A DNA stretch of 64,000 bases from Gammaproteobacteria bacterium (GTDB lineage: Bacteria; Pseudomonadota; Gammaproteobacteria; UBA6429; Thiohalophilaceae). This document shows positions 10,487 through 20,554 of the stretch, piece by piece. Both the position numbers and the translations under genes were made by a program. The notes under the pieces are model-generated. The model did no database searches. It was not told the DNA's origin and saw only the letters and a list, made by a program, of their open reading frames with translations. Every line of letters starts with the position of its first letter. Within the stretch, counting starts at the first letter, position 1. The stretch spans positions 164-64,163 of the forward strand of contig JARRJY010000002.1 in NCBI GenBank assembly GCA_037388705.1. Reading direction: 5' to 3'.

Positions 10487-10581
10487 GGGCGATAACACTC
10501 TTAACTATATTGATACGGATAGTTCATTCTTTTTACTCCCTGATTTAAGATAAATCTCCTGTTTTTTTCTTTGGTAGTGTC

Positions 10582-11757
10582 ATGATCCTGCATGTGGATA
10601 TGGACGCATTTTTTGCCTCGGTGGAAGTGCGAGAGCAGCCAGCCCTGAAAGGCCTGCCGGTAGTGGTGGGGGGCACCCCGCAAGGGCGTGGCGTGGTGGC
10701 GGCTGCCAGTTATGAGGCACGTCGCTTCGGTGTGAAAAGTGCCATGCCTATGAGTAGGGCGTTACACTTGTGTCCGGATATAGTGCGTTTACCGGTTAAC
10801 ATGTCTCTGTATGCGGACGTTTCTGCAAGTATCCATGAGATATTTGCACGATACACTCCTGAAATAGAACCCTTGTCTCTGGACGAGGCTTTTCTGGATG
10901 TTTCTTCAAGTCTCCGTTTATTTGGTTCAGAAGAGGCAATTGGAAAACAGATCAAGCAGGCAATTCTGGATGAGCAAAAACTGGTCGCTTCAGTGGGTAT
11001 TGCACCCAACAAGTATCTCGCCAAGCTGGCCTCGGATATTCAAAAGCCTGATGGCTTTGTAATCATTCAACAGCATGAGGTGCAGACGTTCCTGGATCCA
11101 TTACCAGTGAGTCGCCTGTGGGGAGTGGGTAAGGCCACCAACGCCGTGTTTGAACGTTTTGGTATCAAGACTATCCGGCAGGTACGTGAACAGTCACCAG
11201 AGTTTTTAGCCGACAAGTTCGGCAAGTACGGTATCCAGTTATGGGAACTGGCACAGGGTATTGATCATCGCAAGGTAGTTAACGAACGCCAGGCAAAATC
11301 GATGTCTAATGAAACGACTTTTTCTGAAGATATTACAGATGTAACGGTTTTACATGCCTGGATCATGCAGCTCAGTGAACAGGTTGCTTTCCGGTTGCGA
11401 CGTAAGAAAATCAAGGGACGCACTATACAGATAAAAATACGCTATAACGATTTCAGTACCTATACAAGGGCTGAAACTCTGGATAAACTCACCAACTCGA
11501 CTCGAGTGATCAGTAATGGTGCCAGAAGTTTACTGGACTTATGTATAAAGAAAAACAATAAACCTGTAAGGCTAATTGGCGTTGGTGTCACAAACCTGGC
11601 AGGTAAAGATGGAAAAGTTCAGGAACAAAATGATTTATTTGCGTCAGTAAACCAGGAAAAAGAAAATGAAATTGATCAGGTAACCGATCAAATAAACCAA
11701 AGATTTGGCAAGCGAAGTATTCATCGTGGTACAGGCGATCAAATAAAACAGAAATGA
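10582..11757 (+). CDS. dinB: DNA polymerase IV
   Basis: MILHVDMDAFFASVE...SLDEAFLDV...IAPNKYLAKLASD are Y-family DinB motifs. Confidence 0.9.
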   Translation: MILHVDMDAFFASVEVREQPALKGLPVVVGGTPQGRGVVAAASYEARRFGVKSAMPMSRALHLCPDIVRLPVNMSLYADVSASIHEIFARYTPEIEPLSLDEAFLDVSSSLRLFGSEEAIGKQIKQAILDEQKLVASVGIAPNKYLAKLASDIQKPDGFVIIQQHEVQTFLDPLPVSRLWGVGKATNAVFERFGIKTIRQVREQSPEFLADKFGKYGIQLWELAQGIDHRKVVNERQAKSMSNETTFSEDITDVTVLHAWIMQLSEQVAFRLRRKKIKGRTIQIKIRYNDFSTYTRAETLDKLTNSTRVISNGARSLLDLCIKKNNKPVRLIGVGVTNLAGKDGKVQEQNDLFASVNQEKENEIDQVTDQINQRFGKRSIHRGTGDQIKQK

Positions 11758-11775
11758 GTGAGAGTATAAAAGCTT

Positions 11776-14442
11776 ATGTTGGATTCAGTCCGCAGCGAAG
11801 GTACAACACCTAAAACTATTTACCTGGAAGATTACCAGGTACCGGATTTCCTGATTAGTGAAGTTGAATTATGGTTTGAACTTGACGAGCAGGACACAAG
11901 AGTGCGTTCCCGTTTACAGGTGCAACGCAATGATGAATCTGAAAATTCCAATGCCCCGCTAGTACTGGACGGAGATGAACTTGAACTGCTAAGCATAAAA
12001 ATTGATAGCAAGGCATTAAAGGCTGGCGACTATCAACTCACTGATGAAACATTAGTGATCAAAAACGTTGGGGATAGTTTCATCCTGGAAATTGAAACCC
12101 TGATACATCCGGCAGCCAACACTGCGCTGGAAGGGTTATATCATTCAGGTAACCTGCTATGTACCCAGTGCGAGGCACAGGGTTTTCGTCGTATCACGTA
12201 TTTTTTAGATCGCCCTGATGTGATGTCACGTTATACCGTGACATTAACAGCGGACAAAGAAAAATACCCGGTATTACTGGCCAACGGAAACCCGGTTGAG
12301 ACAGGAGAGCAGGATGATGGGCGTCACTGGGCGAAATGGCATGATCCCAGTCTTAAACCCAGCTACCTGTTTGCCGTTGTCGGTGGTCAATTGCATTGCC
12401 ACAGGGACTCCTTCAAAACGATGAGTGGTCGTAACGTCGAGTTGCGCGTATACGTGGATCCGGAAAATTCACATAAAACTGACCATGCCATGACGTGTCT
12501 GAAACAATCTATGAAATGGGATGAAGAACGTTTTGGACGAGAATATGATCTGGATATCTTTATGATTGTTGCGGTCAATGACTTCAACATGGGCGCCATG
12601 GAGAACAAGGGGCTGAATATATTTAATGCTTCCTGTGTGCTGGCCAGTCCGGATACTGCTAATGATGCTGACTATTACAATATCCAGAGCATTATTGGAC
12701 ATGAGTATTTTCATAACTGGTCGGGTAACCGCGTGACATGTCGTGACTGGTTCCAGTTAAGTCTGAAAGAAGGTTTTACCGTGTTTCGTGATGAAGAATT
12801 TTCTTCTGATTTAAACTCGCGTGCCGTCAAACGTATTGATGATGTCAATGTATTGCGTACCCACCAGTTTGCACAGGATGCCGGGCCCATGGCACACCCT
12901 GTCCGCCCCGATCATTACATGGAGATCAGTAATTTCTATACTGTAACTGTGTATAACAAAGGTGCTGAAGTCGTACGTATGTTGCAGACTCTTGTCGGCA
13001 AGGAAGGTTTCAGGAAAGGCACAGATCTTTATTTCGGACGTCATGATGGAAAGGCAGTAACAACGGAAGATTTTGTAAAAGCAATTGAAGATGCTAATGG
13101 TATTGACCTGGGCCAGTTCCAGAACTGGTACAACCAGGCTGGAACACCAGAGATTGAATTTTCGGGTAACTATGATGCCAATAAGAAAACATACGTTCTT
13201 ACACTGAAGCAGACATGCCCTGATACACCGGGGCAAAAAGACAAGAAGCCATTTTATATCCCCATTGCCATCGGCCTGGTTAATGAAAGTGGCAGGGATA
13301 TACCATTATGTATGGAAGGAGAGTCTGAAGATTCTTCTACTACACGTGTACTGTCACTAACTGAACCAGTACAAACTTTTAAATTCATCAATGTCGATAG
13401 CGAACCACACCTTTCTATTGGCCGTGGTTTTTCTGCGCCGGTTAAGTTCACCACTCCACGCAGTGATGATGAACTGGCATTTATGTTTGCCAATGACAGT
13501 GATCCTTTTAACCGCTGGGATGCCGGGCAACAGCTGGCAATGAATATTCTTTTACGCCTGGTGAAGGACGTGCAGCAGGGTAATCAACTGCAACTTGAAC
13601 CGGCTTTCGTGGATGCCTGTAAAGCAACACTACTGGACAATTCACTGGACAAACAATTCAGATCGCTGGCATTGAGGCTACCTTCAGAAAGTTATATTGC
13701 CGATCAATGCAGTATCGTTGACGTAGATGCAATACATGAGGCGCGAGAATATATTGCCAATACCCTGGCCAGGGAACTCTACTCGGACTGGCTTAATACC
13801 TACCAGGAAAATATGACGGATGCAGAATATATGTTTACTGCTGATGAAATGGCACAACGCTCATTAAAAAACCTTTGCATGGCATATTTAATGCGTACCG
13901 AGACTGAAGAAGCTATTGATTTATGTGCCAAACAGTTTGCGCAGGCCAATAACATGACAGACCAGTTTTCTGCCCTGGCGATACTGAGTAATCATGATAT
14001 CAGTGAAAGACAGCACGCGCTGGATACGTTCTATGGTCAATGGAAACATGACAACCAGGTGGTGGAAAAATGGTTAAATATCCAGGCTACATCAGCTATC
14101 CCCAACACCCTGGATAAGGTTAAAGAACTTACGCAACATGAGACCTTCTCTATGAGTAACCCAAACAAAGTACGTTCTCTTATTGGCCGCTTCTGCATGG
14201 GAAATACTGTCCAGTTTCATGCGGCTGATGGTAGCGGTTACCAGTTCCTTGCCGATAATGTCATTGAGCTGGATAAAAAGAATCCGCAAATTGCCGCACG
14301 CCTGGTACAAGCTATGATGCAGTGGCGCAGGTATGATGAGGTACGTCAGGCATTGATGAAATCCCAGCTGGAAAGAATCAAGGAACAGGCAACTTTATCG
14401 AAAGATGTATTTGAAGTGGTAAACAGAAGCCTGGAAGGGTAA
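11776..14442 (+). CDS. pepN: aminopeptidase N
   Basis: GAMENKGLNIF and HEYFHNWSGNRVT...LKEGFTVF (GxMEN and HExxH-E zinc motifs). Length is 888 aa. Confidence 0.95.
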   Translation: MLDSVRSEGTTPKTIYLEDYQVPDFLISEVELWFELDEQDTRVRSRLQVQRNDESENSNAPLVLDGDELELLSIKIDSKALKAGDYQLTDETLVIKNVGDSFILEIETLIHPAANTALEGLYHSGNLLCTQCEAQGFRRITYFLDRPDVMSRYTVTLTADKEKYPVLLANGNPVETGEQDDGRHWAKWHDPSLKPSYLFAVVGGQLHCHRDSFKTMSGRNVELRVYVDPENSHKTDHAMTCLKQSMKWDEERFGREYDLDIFMIVAVNDFNMGAMENKGLNIFNASCVLASPDTANDADYYNIQSIIGHEYFHNWSGNRVTCRDWFQLSLKEGFTVFRDEEFSSDLNSRAVKRIDDVNVLRTHQFAQDAGPMAHPVRPDHYMEISNFYTVTVYNKGAEVVRMLQTLVGKEGFRKGTDLYFGRHDGKAVTTEDFVKAIEDANGIDLGQFQNWYNQAGTPEIEFSGNYDANKKTYVLTLKQTCPDTPGQKDKKPFYIPIAIGLVNESGRDIPLCMEGESEDSSTTRVLSLTEPVQTFKFINVDSEPHLSIGRGFSAPVKFTTPRSDDELAFMFANDSDPFNRWDAGQQLAMNILLRLVKDVQQGNQLQLEPAFVDACKATLLDNSLDKQFRSLALRLPSESYIADQCSIVDVDAIHEAREYIANTLARELYSDWLNTYQENMTDAEYMFTADEMAQRSLKNLCMAYLMRTETEEAIDLCAKQFAQANNMTDQFSALAILSNHDISERQHALDTFYGQWKHDNQVVEKWLNIQATSAIPNTLDKVKELTQHETFSMSNPNKVRSLIGRFCMGNTVQFHAADGSGYQFLADNVIELDKKNPQIAARLVQAMMQWRRYDEVRQALMKSQLERIKEQATLSKDVFEVVNRSLEG

Positions 14443-14469
14443 GTTCTTTTGATAATTCCCTGGAAAAAA

Positions 14470-15699
14470 TTATTTTACCACCTGGTTCCTGCCTTTCTTC
14501 TTTGCCTTGTATAGGTTTTCATCCGCGAGTTTGATAACTTCTTCAGTTGTCAGTAATAACTCTGAACGTTGAGCAATTCCAATACTGACAGTTACGTCAA
14601 TTTCTTTTAACGGGGAACTCCTGATGGGTTTATCCGGTTTTTGTTTTGGCCGTTTCCTGTTTCTCACGGTAAAGGGGTTATCGGCAATCATTTCGCGTAA
14701 ATGATCAGTATAGATGTATGCCTCGTCGATATCCTTGCCAGAAAAAACAATGGTGAATTCCTCACCACCGTATCGGAATGCGCGTCCACCTCCCTGTACT
14801 TTTCGCAAAAATGAAGAAAGTCTTCTTAGTACCTGGTCACCAATATCATGGCCATACTTATCATTAATCTTTTTAAAGTGGTCAATATCGACCATAGCGA
14901 TGGAATAATTTCTTCCCAGTGTGCCCAGGTATTGTTTTAGAGCACGGCGGGACGGCAGGTTAGTCAATTCATCCAGGAAAGCAAGTTGCTTGGAGTTCAG
15001 TATCATGGAAGCTAGTAGCACGATACCGATTACCGAGTACCAGAGTATCGCCGTGTAGGATTCGTTATACACATTGAGTGAGTACCATACACTAATGATT
15101 ACCGAGGTGTTGGCAGCAAGTAACAGGTTAGGATTTAACAAATTCCGGATTAACAGATATACGAAACAGAGCAGGAAAACAACCTGGGCAACATGAGGAA
15201 TCGTATTGTATTTAATAAAATCGGCATGAATGAATTTATACTCAAATAATAACGTGAGGTAATGGCTGTCGGCCTGGCTTACCCAGTAGATAAACATGGC
15301 CTGCAAAATAAGTATGACTAATCGCTTTATCCCGTAAAAGTTAATAATACCTCGTTCGCTTAACATACTGATAACAGTAATGTTAAGCGGTAATAAGAGG
15401 CATATCAGGCTATAGAGAAGAAAAACATTGAAGCTGTCACCATTTTCAATAAGACCAGTATTTTGCATTACCCAGTATGTGGAACCGCACAAGATGAGAA
15501 TGTGAAACTCCCGGCTATGATGGAACACCCATGCAAAAATCAGGCTGGCAAAAATAAACAGGTAAGGTAAAAACCTGGCAACTGTTCTCAGGCTTTCAGG
15601 AAGAGAAAAAGAAGAGTATTGCATCACCAGGGCTATAGCGATGATAGCGAAAGGCATACTTATTGAAAAAAAGAACTTGCGTATATCCAGCACAGCCAT
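14470..15699 (-). CDS. membrane-bound diguanylate cyclase (multi-TM N-terminus + GGDEF domain)
   Basis: About 7 hydrophobic segments, then DELTNLPSRR...DIDHFKKINDKYGHDIGD...RYGGEEF. The A-site is intact and no RxxD I-site is seen. Confidence 0.85.
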   Translation of the reverse strand: MAVLDIRKFFFSISMPFAIIAIALVMQYSSFSLPESLRTVARFLPYLFIFASLIFAWVFHHSREFHILILCGSTYWVMQNTGLIENGDSFNVFLLYSLICLLLPLNITVISMLSERGIINFYGIKRLVILILQAMFIYWVSQADSHYLTLLFEYKFIHADFIKYNTIPHVAQVVFLLCFVYLLIRNLLNPNLLLAANTSVIISVWYSLNVYNESYTAILWYSVIGIVLLASMILNSKQLAFLDELTNLPSRRALKQYLGTLGRNYSIAMVDIDHFKKINDKYGHDIGDQVLRRLSSFLRKVQGGGRAFRYGGEEFTIVFSGKDIDEAYIYTDHLREMIADNPFTVRNRKRPKQKPDKPIRSSPLKEIDVTVSIGIAQRSELLLTTEEVIKLADENLYKAKKKGRNQVVK

Positions 15700-15767
15700 C
15701 CTTACCTTTTTCTGGTTTTTATTGCAGGTACTATCCTGGTACCGCCAAGGGTATTGTTTTCGTACAC

Positions 15768-16829
15768 CTATTTTGTTTTCAAGGTCTTCGCAAAGTCCAG
15801 CATCCTCGTCACAGAAACCAATGCCTGTTTTCCAATGTCCGGATCAACGTGAATTTCATTTTCACCAGTTTCCAGTGTTTCGGCCAGGTTCTTCAGACCG
15901 TTCATTGCCATCCAGCGACAATGTGCGCAACTGCTACAGGTTGCCCCAATACCTCCAGTAGGTGCTTCTATAAATGTCTTAGCAGGAGCAGCCTGTTTCA
16001 TTTTGTAGAAAATACCGCGGTCCGTGGCGACGATGAATTCATCATTGGACATTTCTTGTGTTGCTTTAATCAGGCCGGTTGTGGAACCAACCACGTCGGC
16101 CTGTGCAATTACGTCAGCAGGCGACTCCGGATGTACCAGCACAGCTGCACCAGGATGCTTGTCTTTTAGCTTATGTAGCTCATTAGCTCGAAATTCATCA
16201 TGAACTACGCAGAAGCCTTGCCACATGAGCATATCTGCACCGGTGACTTTCTGAATGTAATCACCCAGGTAGCGATCCGGTGCCCAGAGGATTTTTTCTC
16301 CTTTGTCATGCAGGTGTTGCACGACTTTTGTAGCAATACTGGAGGTGACGACCCAGTCAGCGCGAGCCTTTACTTCTGCGCTGGTATTGGCGTATACCAC
16401 CACGGTTCTGTCCGGGTGTTCATCGCAGAAGGCATTAAATTCATCTGCCGGGCAGCTGAGATCCAGTGAGCACTCGGCTTCCAGGGTGGGCATGAGTACC
16501 CGTTTTTCCGGGTTGAGAATTTTAGCCGTTTCGCCCATAAATCGTACACCTGCTACTACCAGGGTGGAGGCAGGGTGTTCATGTCCGAAACGGGCCATAT
16601 CAAGTGAGTCCGAAACATAGCCACCAGTTTCATCTGCCAGCATTTGCAGGTCATCATCAGTGTAATAATGGGCTACCAGCACGGCATCCTGTTCCTTGAG
16701 TAGCCTTTTAATTTTCTCAATAAGGATCTGACGTTCTTCGCCAACGACCGCGGCAGCGGGCTGGGCCTGAAGATTTTGTTGACGGATATCTGCTTCATCA
16801 ACAACGGGAATAGTGACAGTCATACTCAT
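15768..16829 (-). CDS. nadA: quinolinate synthase
   Basis: Full-length NadA-like translation ([33 protein letters not shown]). Confidence 0.93.
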   Translation of the reverse strand: MSMTVTIPVVDEADIRQQNLQAQPAAAVVGEERQILIEKIKRLLKEQDAVLVAHYYTDDDLQMLADETGGYVSDSLDMARFGHEHPASTLVVAGVRFMGETAKILNPEKRVLMPTLEAECSLDLSCPADEFNAFCDEHPDRTVVVYANTSAEVKARADWVVTSSIATKVVQHLHDKGEKILWAPDRYLGDYIQKVTGADMLMWQGFCVVHDEFRANELHKLKDKHPGAAVLVHPESPADVIAQADVVGSTTGLIKATQEMSNDEFIVATDRGIFYKMKQAAPAKTFIEAPTGGIGATCSSCAHCRWMAMNGLKNLAETLETGENEIHVDPDIGKQALVSVTRMLDFAKTLKTK

Positions 16830-17061
16830 AGTTCAATTATGTGGGTTCACAAATATCCAATTCAATACCTAAAAAGTTTAGCTTTCCTGGTGAACCAGTC
16901 TTGCCAAAGAAGTGTAAAGCATGAAGTGGTTCCGGAAATTTTTCTTTTTCGCATGTTGAAATACTAGTGTTACCCAGGAGATGGTTAAAAAATAACCATA
17001 CTTAAAGTAATTTCCACAAAAATATTGTAACAGTTTGATTTTATAGTATATTAAGGACATA

Positions 17062-17802
17062 TTGTTTAACAACAAGAATTCAGTAATTCGAATGGATAGC
17101 GAAGCGGCTATGGATCAACAAAAAATTATCGACAAAATCTGCAAGTGTTTGCGTTTATCGGAGTCATGTAATCCCAACGAGGCAGCATCAGCGCTGCGTC
17201 AGGCCCACGGTCTGATGAAAAAATACGGTGTTACCGCTGACCAGATTCTTGCCAAAGATGTCAGTGAAGCCGCAGTAGAAAGTATCAGTCGCTATAACCC
17301 GCCTTACTGGGTGCTGGCATTATCCAATATTGTTGCCCAGGCCTTTGAGTGCCGGGTTTTTGTTTCCCGCCGATATGGGCGTCGTCCTGAGTTTCGATTT
17401 ATCGGTATGGCGATATCGCCTGAAATAGCCAGTTATACTTTTAATGTCCTGTATCGCCAGCTCAAACAGGCAAGACGTGACTTTAGCTATGATCTGAATA
17501 TTGAGGATCGCGCCGAGAAAGACCGCCGCACAGATGTATTTGCTCAGGCCTGGTTATTCAGGGTAGCCCACCTGGTTTCGGAATTTGCCAGTACGCCTGT
17601 AGCGAAAGAGAAAATCGATAGTTATATCAAGGAGAATTACGGCGATATCCCGGAACTGGCCGAAAAACCAGCTAATGCAGAAGCAAAAGACTACGAGGAC
17701 ATACTTTCAGGAATGAAAGCCGCCAATGGTGTTGCCCTGTATCGAGCCATGAACAGTGCTTTTCCTACTCAATACCTGGCGCGTAAGACGGCTCAGGCAT
17801 AA
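17062..17802 (+). CDS. DUF2786-like protein (family common in phage/plasmid/island contexts)
   Basis: IIDKICKCLRLSESCNPNEAASALRQAHGLMKKYGV matches my memory of the DUF2786 N-terminal motif. Both flanks are AT-rich intergenic DNA. The start is uncertain (17062 or 17092). Confidence 0.5.
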   Translation: MFNNKNSVIRMDSEAAMDQQKIIDKICKCLRLSESCNPNEAASALRQAHGLMKKYGVTADQILAKDVSEAAVESISRYNPPYWVLALSNIVAQAFECRVFVSRRYGRRPEFRFIGMAISPEIASYTFNVLYRQLKQARRDFSYDLNIEDRAEKDRRTDVFAQAWLFRVAHLVSEFASTPVAKEKIDSYIKENYGDIPELAEKPANAEAKDYEDILSGMKAANGVALYRAMNSAFPTQYLARKTAQA

Positions 17803-17890
17803 AAAGCACATAAATTTCTCTATTTTCGCTATGCTTAGTGAAAAGATATACTAATATAGTATACATATCTTAATTAGGGTTAAGGGGACA

Positions 17891-18823
17891 ATGTCTGCCG
17901 TATTGAGGGTCAAGACAGGGGGTGGTGTTCGAAAAATTCCCTGTAAAGCCGTTTTGACTTTGGGGCGCGATAAAAATAGCGATATCGTGCTCAAGGATCT
18001 GATGGCATCGCGCAACCACGCCATGATCAGGCGCCTTGGTAAGAACGATTATTATCTTATTGACTCAGGCAGCTCCAATGGCAGCTACGTTAACAAGCAA
18101 CGTGTTTCTGCCCCCAAACTTCTGAAAGCCGGCGATGTCATCAGCATTGGTAACATCGAGTTAACATTCGAACAAATCAAACAAAACGACGATACCATGG
18201 ATACCTGGTCCATGCAGGAGACCATGATTTCCGATACCCCGGTGATCAAACAAATTACTGTTCTGGTAGCCGATATTCGTGGATTTACCACGTTATCCGA
18301 ACAGGTCAATATCCGTATTCTTACCAAAATGATGAACAGCTGGTTTCACCAGGTGAGTAATATTATTTTTGAAAACCAGGGCGTGGTGGACAAGTTCATC
18401 GGTGATTGTGTTTTTGCGCGCTGGGAAACAGATATCGGTGAAAATGTGACTGCTAAACAGGCATTGAATGCCGCTGTGCTGATTCATAAAGTTACCGAAG
18501 ATATCAATAAAGCTTTTCCCGAAGTAGATAATATTAGTATCGGTGTTGGCATTAACACTGGTGCAGCCTCAATGGGTATTGGTATTGATAATACTGCATT
18601 GGGTGATGCCGTAAATACGGCATTCCGCCTTGAAAATGCTACCAAGGTTCTGAAAAAAGACATTGTCATGAGTGAATCCACTTACAAACATTTGCCGGAA
18701 TATATCTGGCAGAACTGTAAGCAACATATTCGTGTCAAAGGCAAGCGTGACACTTTGCGTATCTGTGGCCTGAGCTTTAAACAGGCTGAGGACCTGGTAC
18801 AGGAATTATGTCAGGCCAGCTAG
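17891..18823 (+). CDS. FHA domain-containing class III adenylate/guanylate cyclase
   Basis: FHA: LGRDKNSDIVL...SRNHAMI...YYLIDSGSSNGSYVN. Cyclase: VLVADIRGFTTLSE, KFIGDCVFA, GDAVNTAFRLE. Both metal-binding Asp residues and the Asn/Arg pair are present. Confidence 0.85.
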   Translation: MSAVLRVKTGGGVRKIPCKAVLTLGRDKNSDIVLKDLMASRNHAMIRRLGKNDYYLIDSGSSNGSYVNKQRVSAPKLLKAGDVISIGNIELTFEQIKQNDDTMDTWSMQETMISDTPVIKQITVLVADIRGFTTLSEQVNIRILTKMMNSWFHQVSNIIFENQGVVDKFIGDCVFARWETDIGENVTAKQALNAAVLIHKVTEDINKAFPEVDNISIGVGINTGAASMGIGIDNTALGDAVNTAFRLENATKVLKKDIVMSESTYKHLPEYIWQNCKQHIRVKGKRDTLRICGLSFKQAEDLVQELCQAS

Positions 18824-18826
18824 TAA

Positions 18827-19222
18827 TTACGAGATAAAAGGTTTCACATCTTTTAACAGTTCTTCCATTTCGAGTTTAATGTCATTTATCAGACGTGTTG
18901 CTGTTTCAACATGATTCCAGTCATCATGCCCCATGTCACTGGATTTCATAATAGCTTGTGACCTGGCAACCAGCTCAGCATCATCATCATCAATAAACTG
19001 TGCAAGGAAGGTATAGGCATGTACCAGACTTTCGCAAATGCTTTTATCCTGTTCACCAATTTCCCATAGTAATAATTGCAACGATGATTTAAGTTGATCT
19101 TTATCACAGGGGAGTAATGACTGAGGATGTGCATAGGATGTGGCATCCAGATGGGATAAAATTTGACCATATTGCTGCACAAGATGTTGTGCTTCTGCTA
19201 GCTCTTTTTGCTTATCAGTCAT
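18827..19222 (-). CDS. hypothetical acidic protein (131 aa)
   Basis: ORF with plausible coding character, convergent with the cyclase gene and 3 nt from it. I recognise no family. Confidence 0.45.
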   Translation of the reverse strand: MTDKQKELAEAQHLVQQYGQILSHLDATSYAHPQSLLPCDKDQLKSSLQLLLWEIGEQDKSICESLVHAYTFLAQFIDDDDAELVARSQAIMKSSDMGHDDWNHVETATRLINDIKLEMEELLKDVKPFIS

Positions 19223-19289
19223 AAAATGATAATAACACCAACAAATAATCCGGCAACACTATATTTAATAAGAAAGTATCATCCAGAAC

Positions 19290-19982
19290 ATGAACAATAA
19301 TACATCAGCTGATTTTTTTATCGACCTTATTGTAATAGCGGGCGTGCCCTTGTTATTTCTTCTGGTCGCATTTGTATTACAGTGGCCAGTCATAAAACTT
19401 AACCTGTCTGAATATCGTCTTGCCAGGACCATAAAAAAATTTGGCAAGGAAACTATGCATGATGTGATGTTACCAGATAGCCTTGGAGGTTATACATATA
19501 TCGATTACCTTGCACTGACGGCAAATGCAATTGTGATTTTGTACCTGAAACGTTACCAGGGTGTCATCTTTGCCGGTGAAAAAATTGATGAGTGGACACA
19601 GGTTATCAATAACCATAGTTATCGTTTCCCAAATCCGCTGCAAAAAATGGAACTGGATATCATGGCCATAAATGTACTGGTAAAAGATGTAAAGGTCGAT
19701 GGTAAGGTGGTTTTTACCAGGGGAAGTGAATTCCCCAAGGGAAAGCCTGACAAGGTAGTATTGATCAGTGAACTGGAAAATAATTTAAAAAATTATAAGG
19801 CAGAAGAAATTTCACCATTATTACAAACAGCATGGAAACGCTTACAGGAAAAGACCGAACCATGTAGCAAGGAATTCATACGGACAATGAGTGATAATAC
19901 GACGGTATCAAGTCACGGTTGGCTGGCATCAATACTCGTTGTGTCTGCAGCCGCCTGGATTGGATGGTATTTAGCCATGTAA
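19290..19982 (+). CDS. NERD (nuclease-related) domain protein with N- and C-terminal TM segments
   Basis: GGYTYIDYLALTANAIVILYLKRYQGVIFAGEKIDEWTQV...FPNPLQK resembles the NERD core. Both termini are hydrophobic. Confidence 0.6.
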   Translation: MNNNTSADFFIDLIVIAGVPLLFLLVAFVLQWPVIKLNLSEYRLARTIKKFGKETMHDVMLPDSLGGYTYIDYLALTANAIVILYLKRYQGVIFAGEKIDEWTQVINNHSYRFPNPLQKMELDIMAINVLVKDVKVDGKVVFTRGSEFPKGKPDKVVLISELENNLKNYKAEEISPLLQTAWKRLQEKTEPCSKEFIRTMSDNTTVSSHGWLASILVVSAAAWIGWYLAM

Positions 19983-20100
19983 ATTCAGATAGTCACTTGT
20001 GGATAACTCGCTAATTATCAGGCAAATGTGAACTATGCCCATGTTACTACAATAAAAAGAGGCTATTTTTTATTTTTCGTCTCCAGATGGTTATACAGGC

Positions 20101-20550
20101 ATGCCAGCAATTTATCTTAAGTTATATACCAGCCTTCTAATTGCTGTACTGACTTTGTTGGTTCACTCTCATGCCAACGCCCAGTTAAGTAAACGTGCCA
20201 ACGTGTCACGAGCTATTTTTACTACGGCCATTGAAAACCGTGAACCTGTTGACCAGGTGTTGATACTCTCTAATAAATTTAACGTCATTTATTTTTTTAC
20301 TGATCTTCGCCACCTTGAGAACCAGAAAATTATTCATCGCTGGGAGTATGAAGGTAAGGTTGTTTCCTCGAAAATATTCAATGTAGGGGGGCCACGCTGG
20401 CGTGTTTATTCAAAAACCAGGCTGCCAAGAAACAAGACAGGAACATGGAGTGTGGTGGTTACAACAGAACAGGGTTTACCACTGAAAGCGGCAATTTTTA
20501 AATATGTTGAAGGTAATGAAAATCTGAATGCAATTTTACCATTAAAATAA
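20101..20550 (+). CDS. secreted DUF2914-like protein
   Basis: Signal peptide (ends HANA-Q). HRWEYEGKVV...GGPRWRVYS...GTWSVVV resembles DUF2914, from memory. Confidence 0.45.
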   Translation: MPAIYLKLYTSLLIAVLTLLVHSHANAQLSKRANVSRAIFTTAIENREPVDQVLILSNKFNVIYFFTDLRHLENQKIIHRWEYEGKVVSSKIFNVGGPRWRVYSKTRLPRNKTGTWSVVVTTEQGLPLKAAIFKYVEGNENLNAILPLK

Positions 20551-20554
20551 AATG

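Noticed and set aside
10487-10581. Expected LexA (SOS) box upstream of dinB
   Set aside because: I looked for CTGT-N8-ACAG. The only CTGT (in CCTGTTTTTTTCTTTGG) has no ACAG partner, so I report no SOS box. This does not prove that dinB is LexA-independent.
15641-16620. + strand ORFs (106, 168, 89 and 105 aa) across nadA
   Set aside because: They are antisense to the full-length, highly conserved nadA and show no recognisable motifs.
16830-20100. Prophage or IS element
   Set aside because: There is no integrase, transposase, terminal inverted repeat, tRNA target or phage structural gene. Only the DUF2786-like gene hints at mobile origin, so no mobile_element feature is called.
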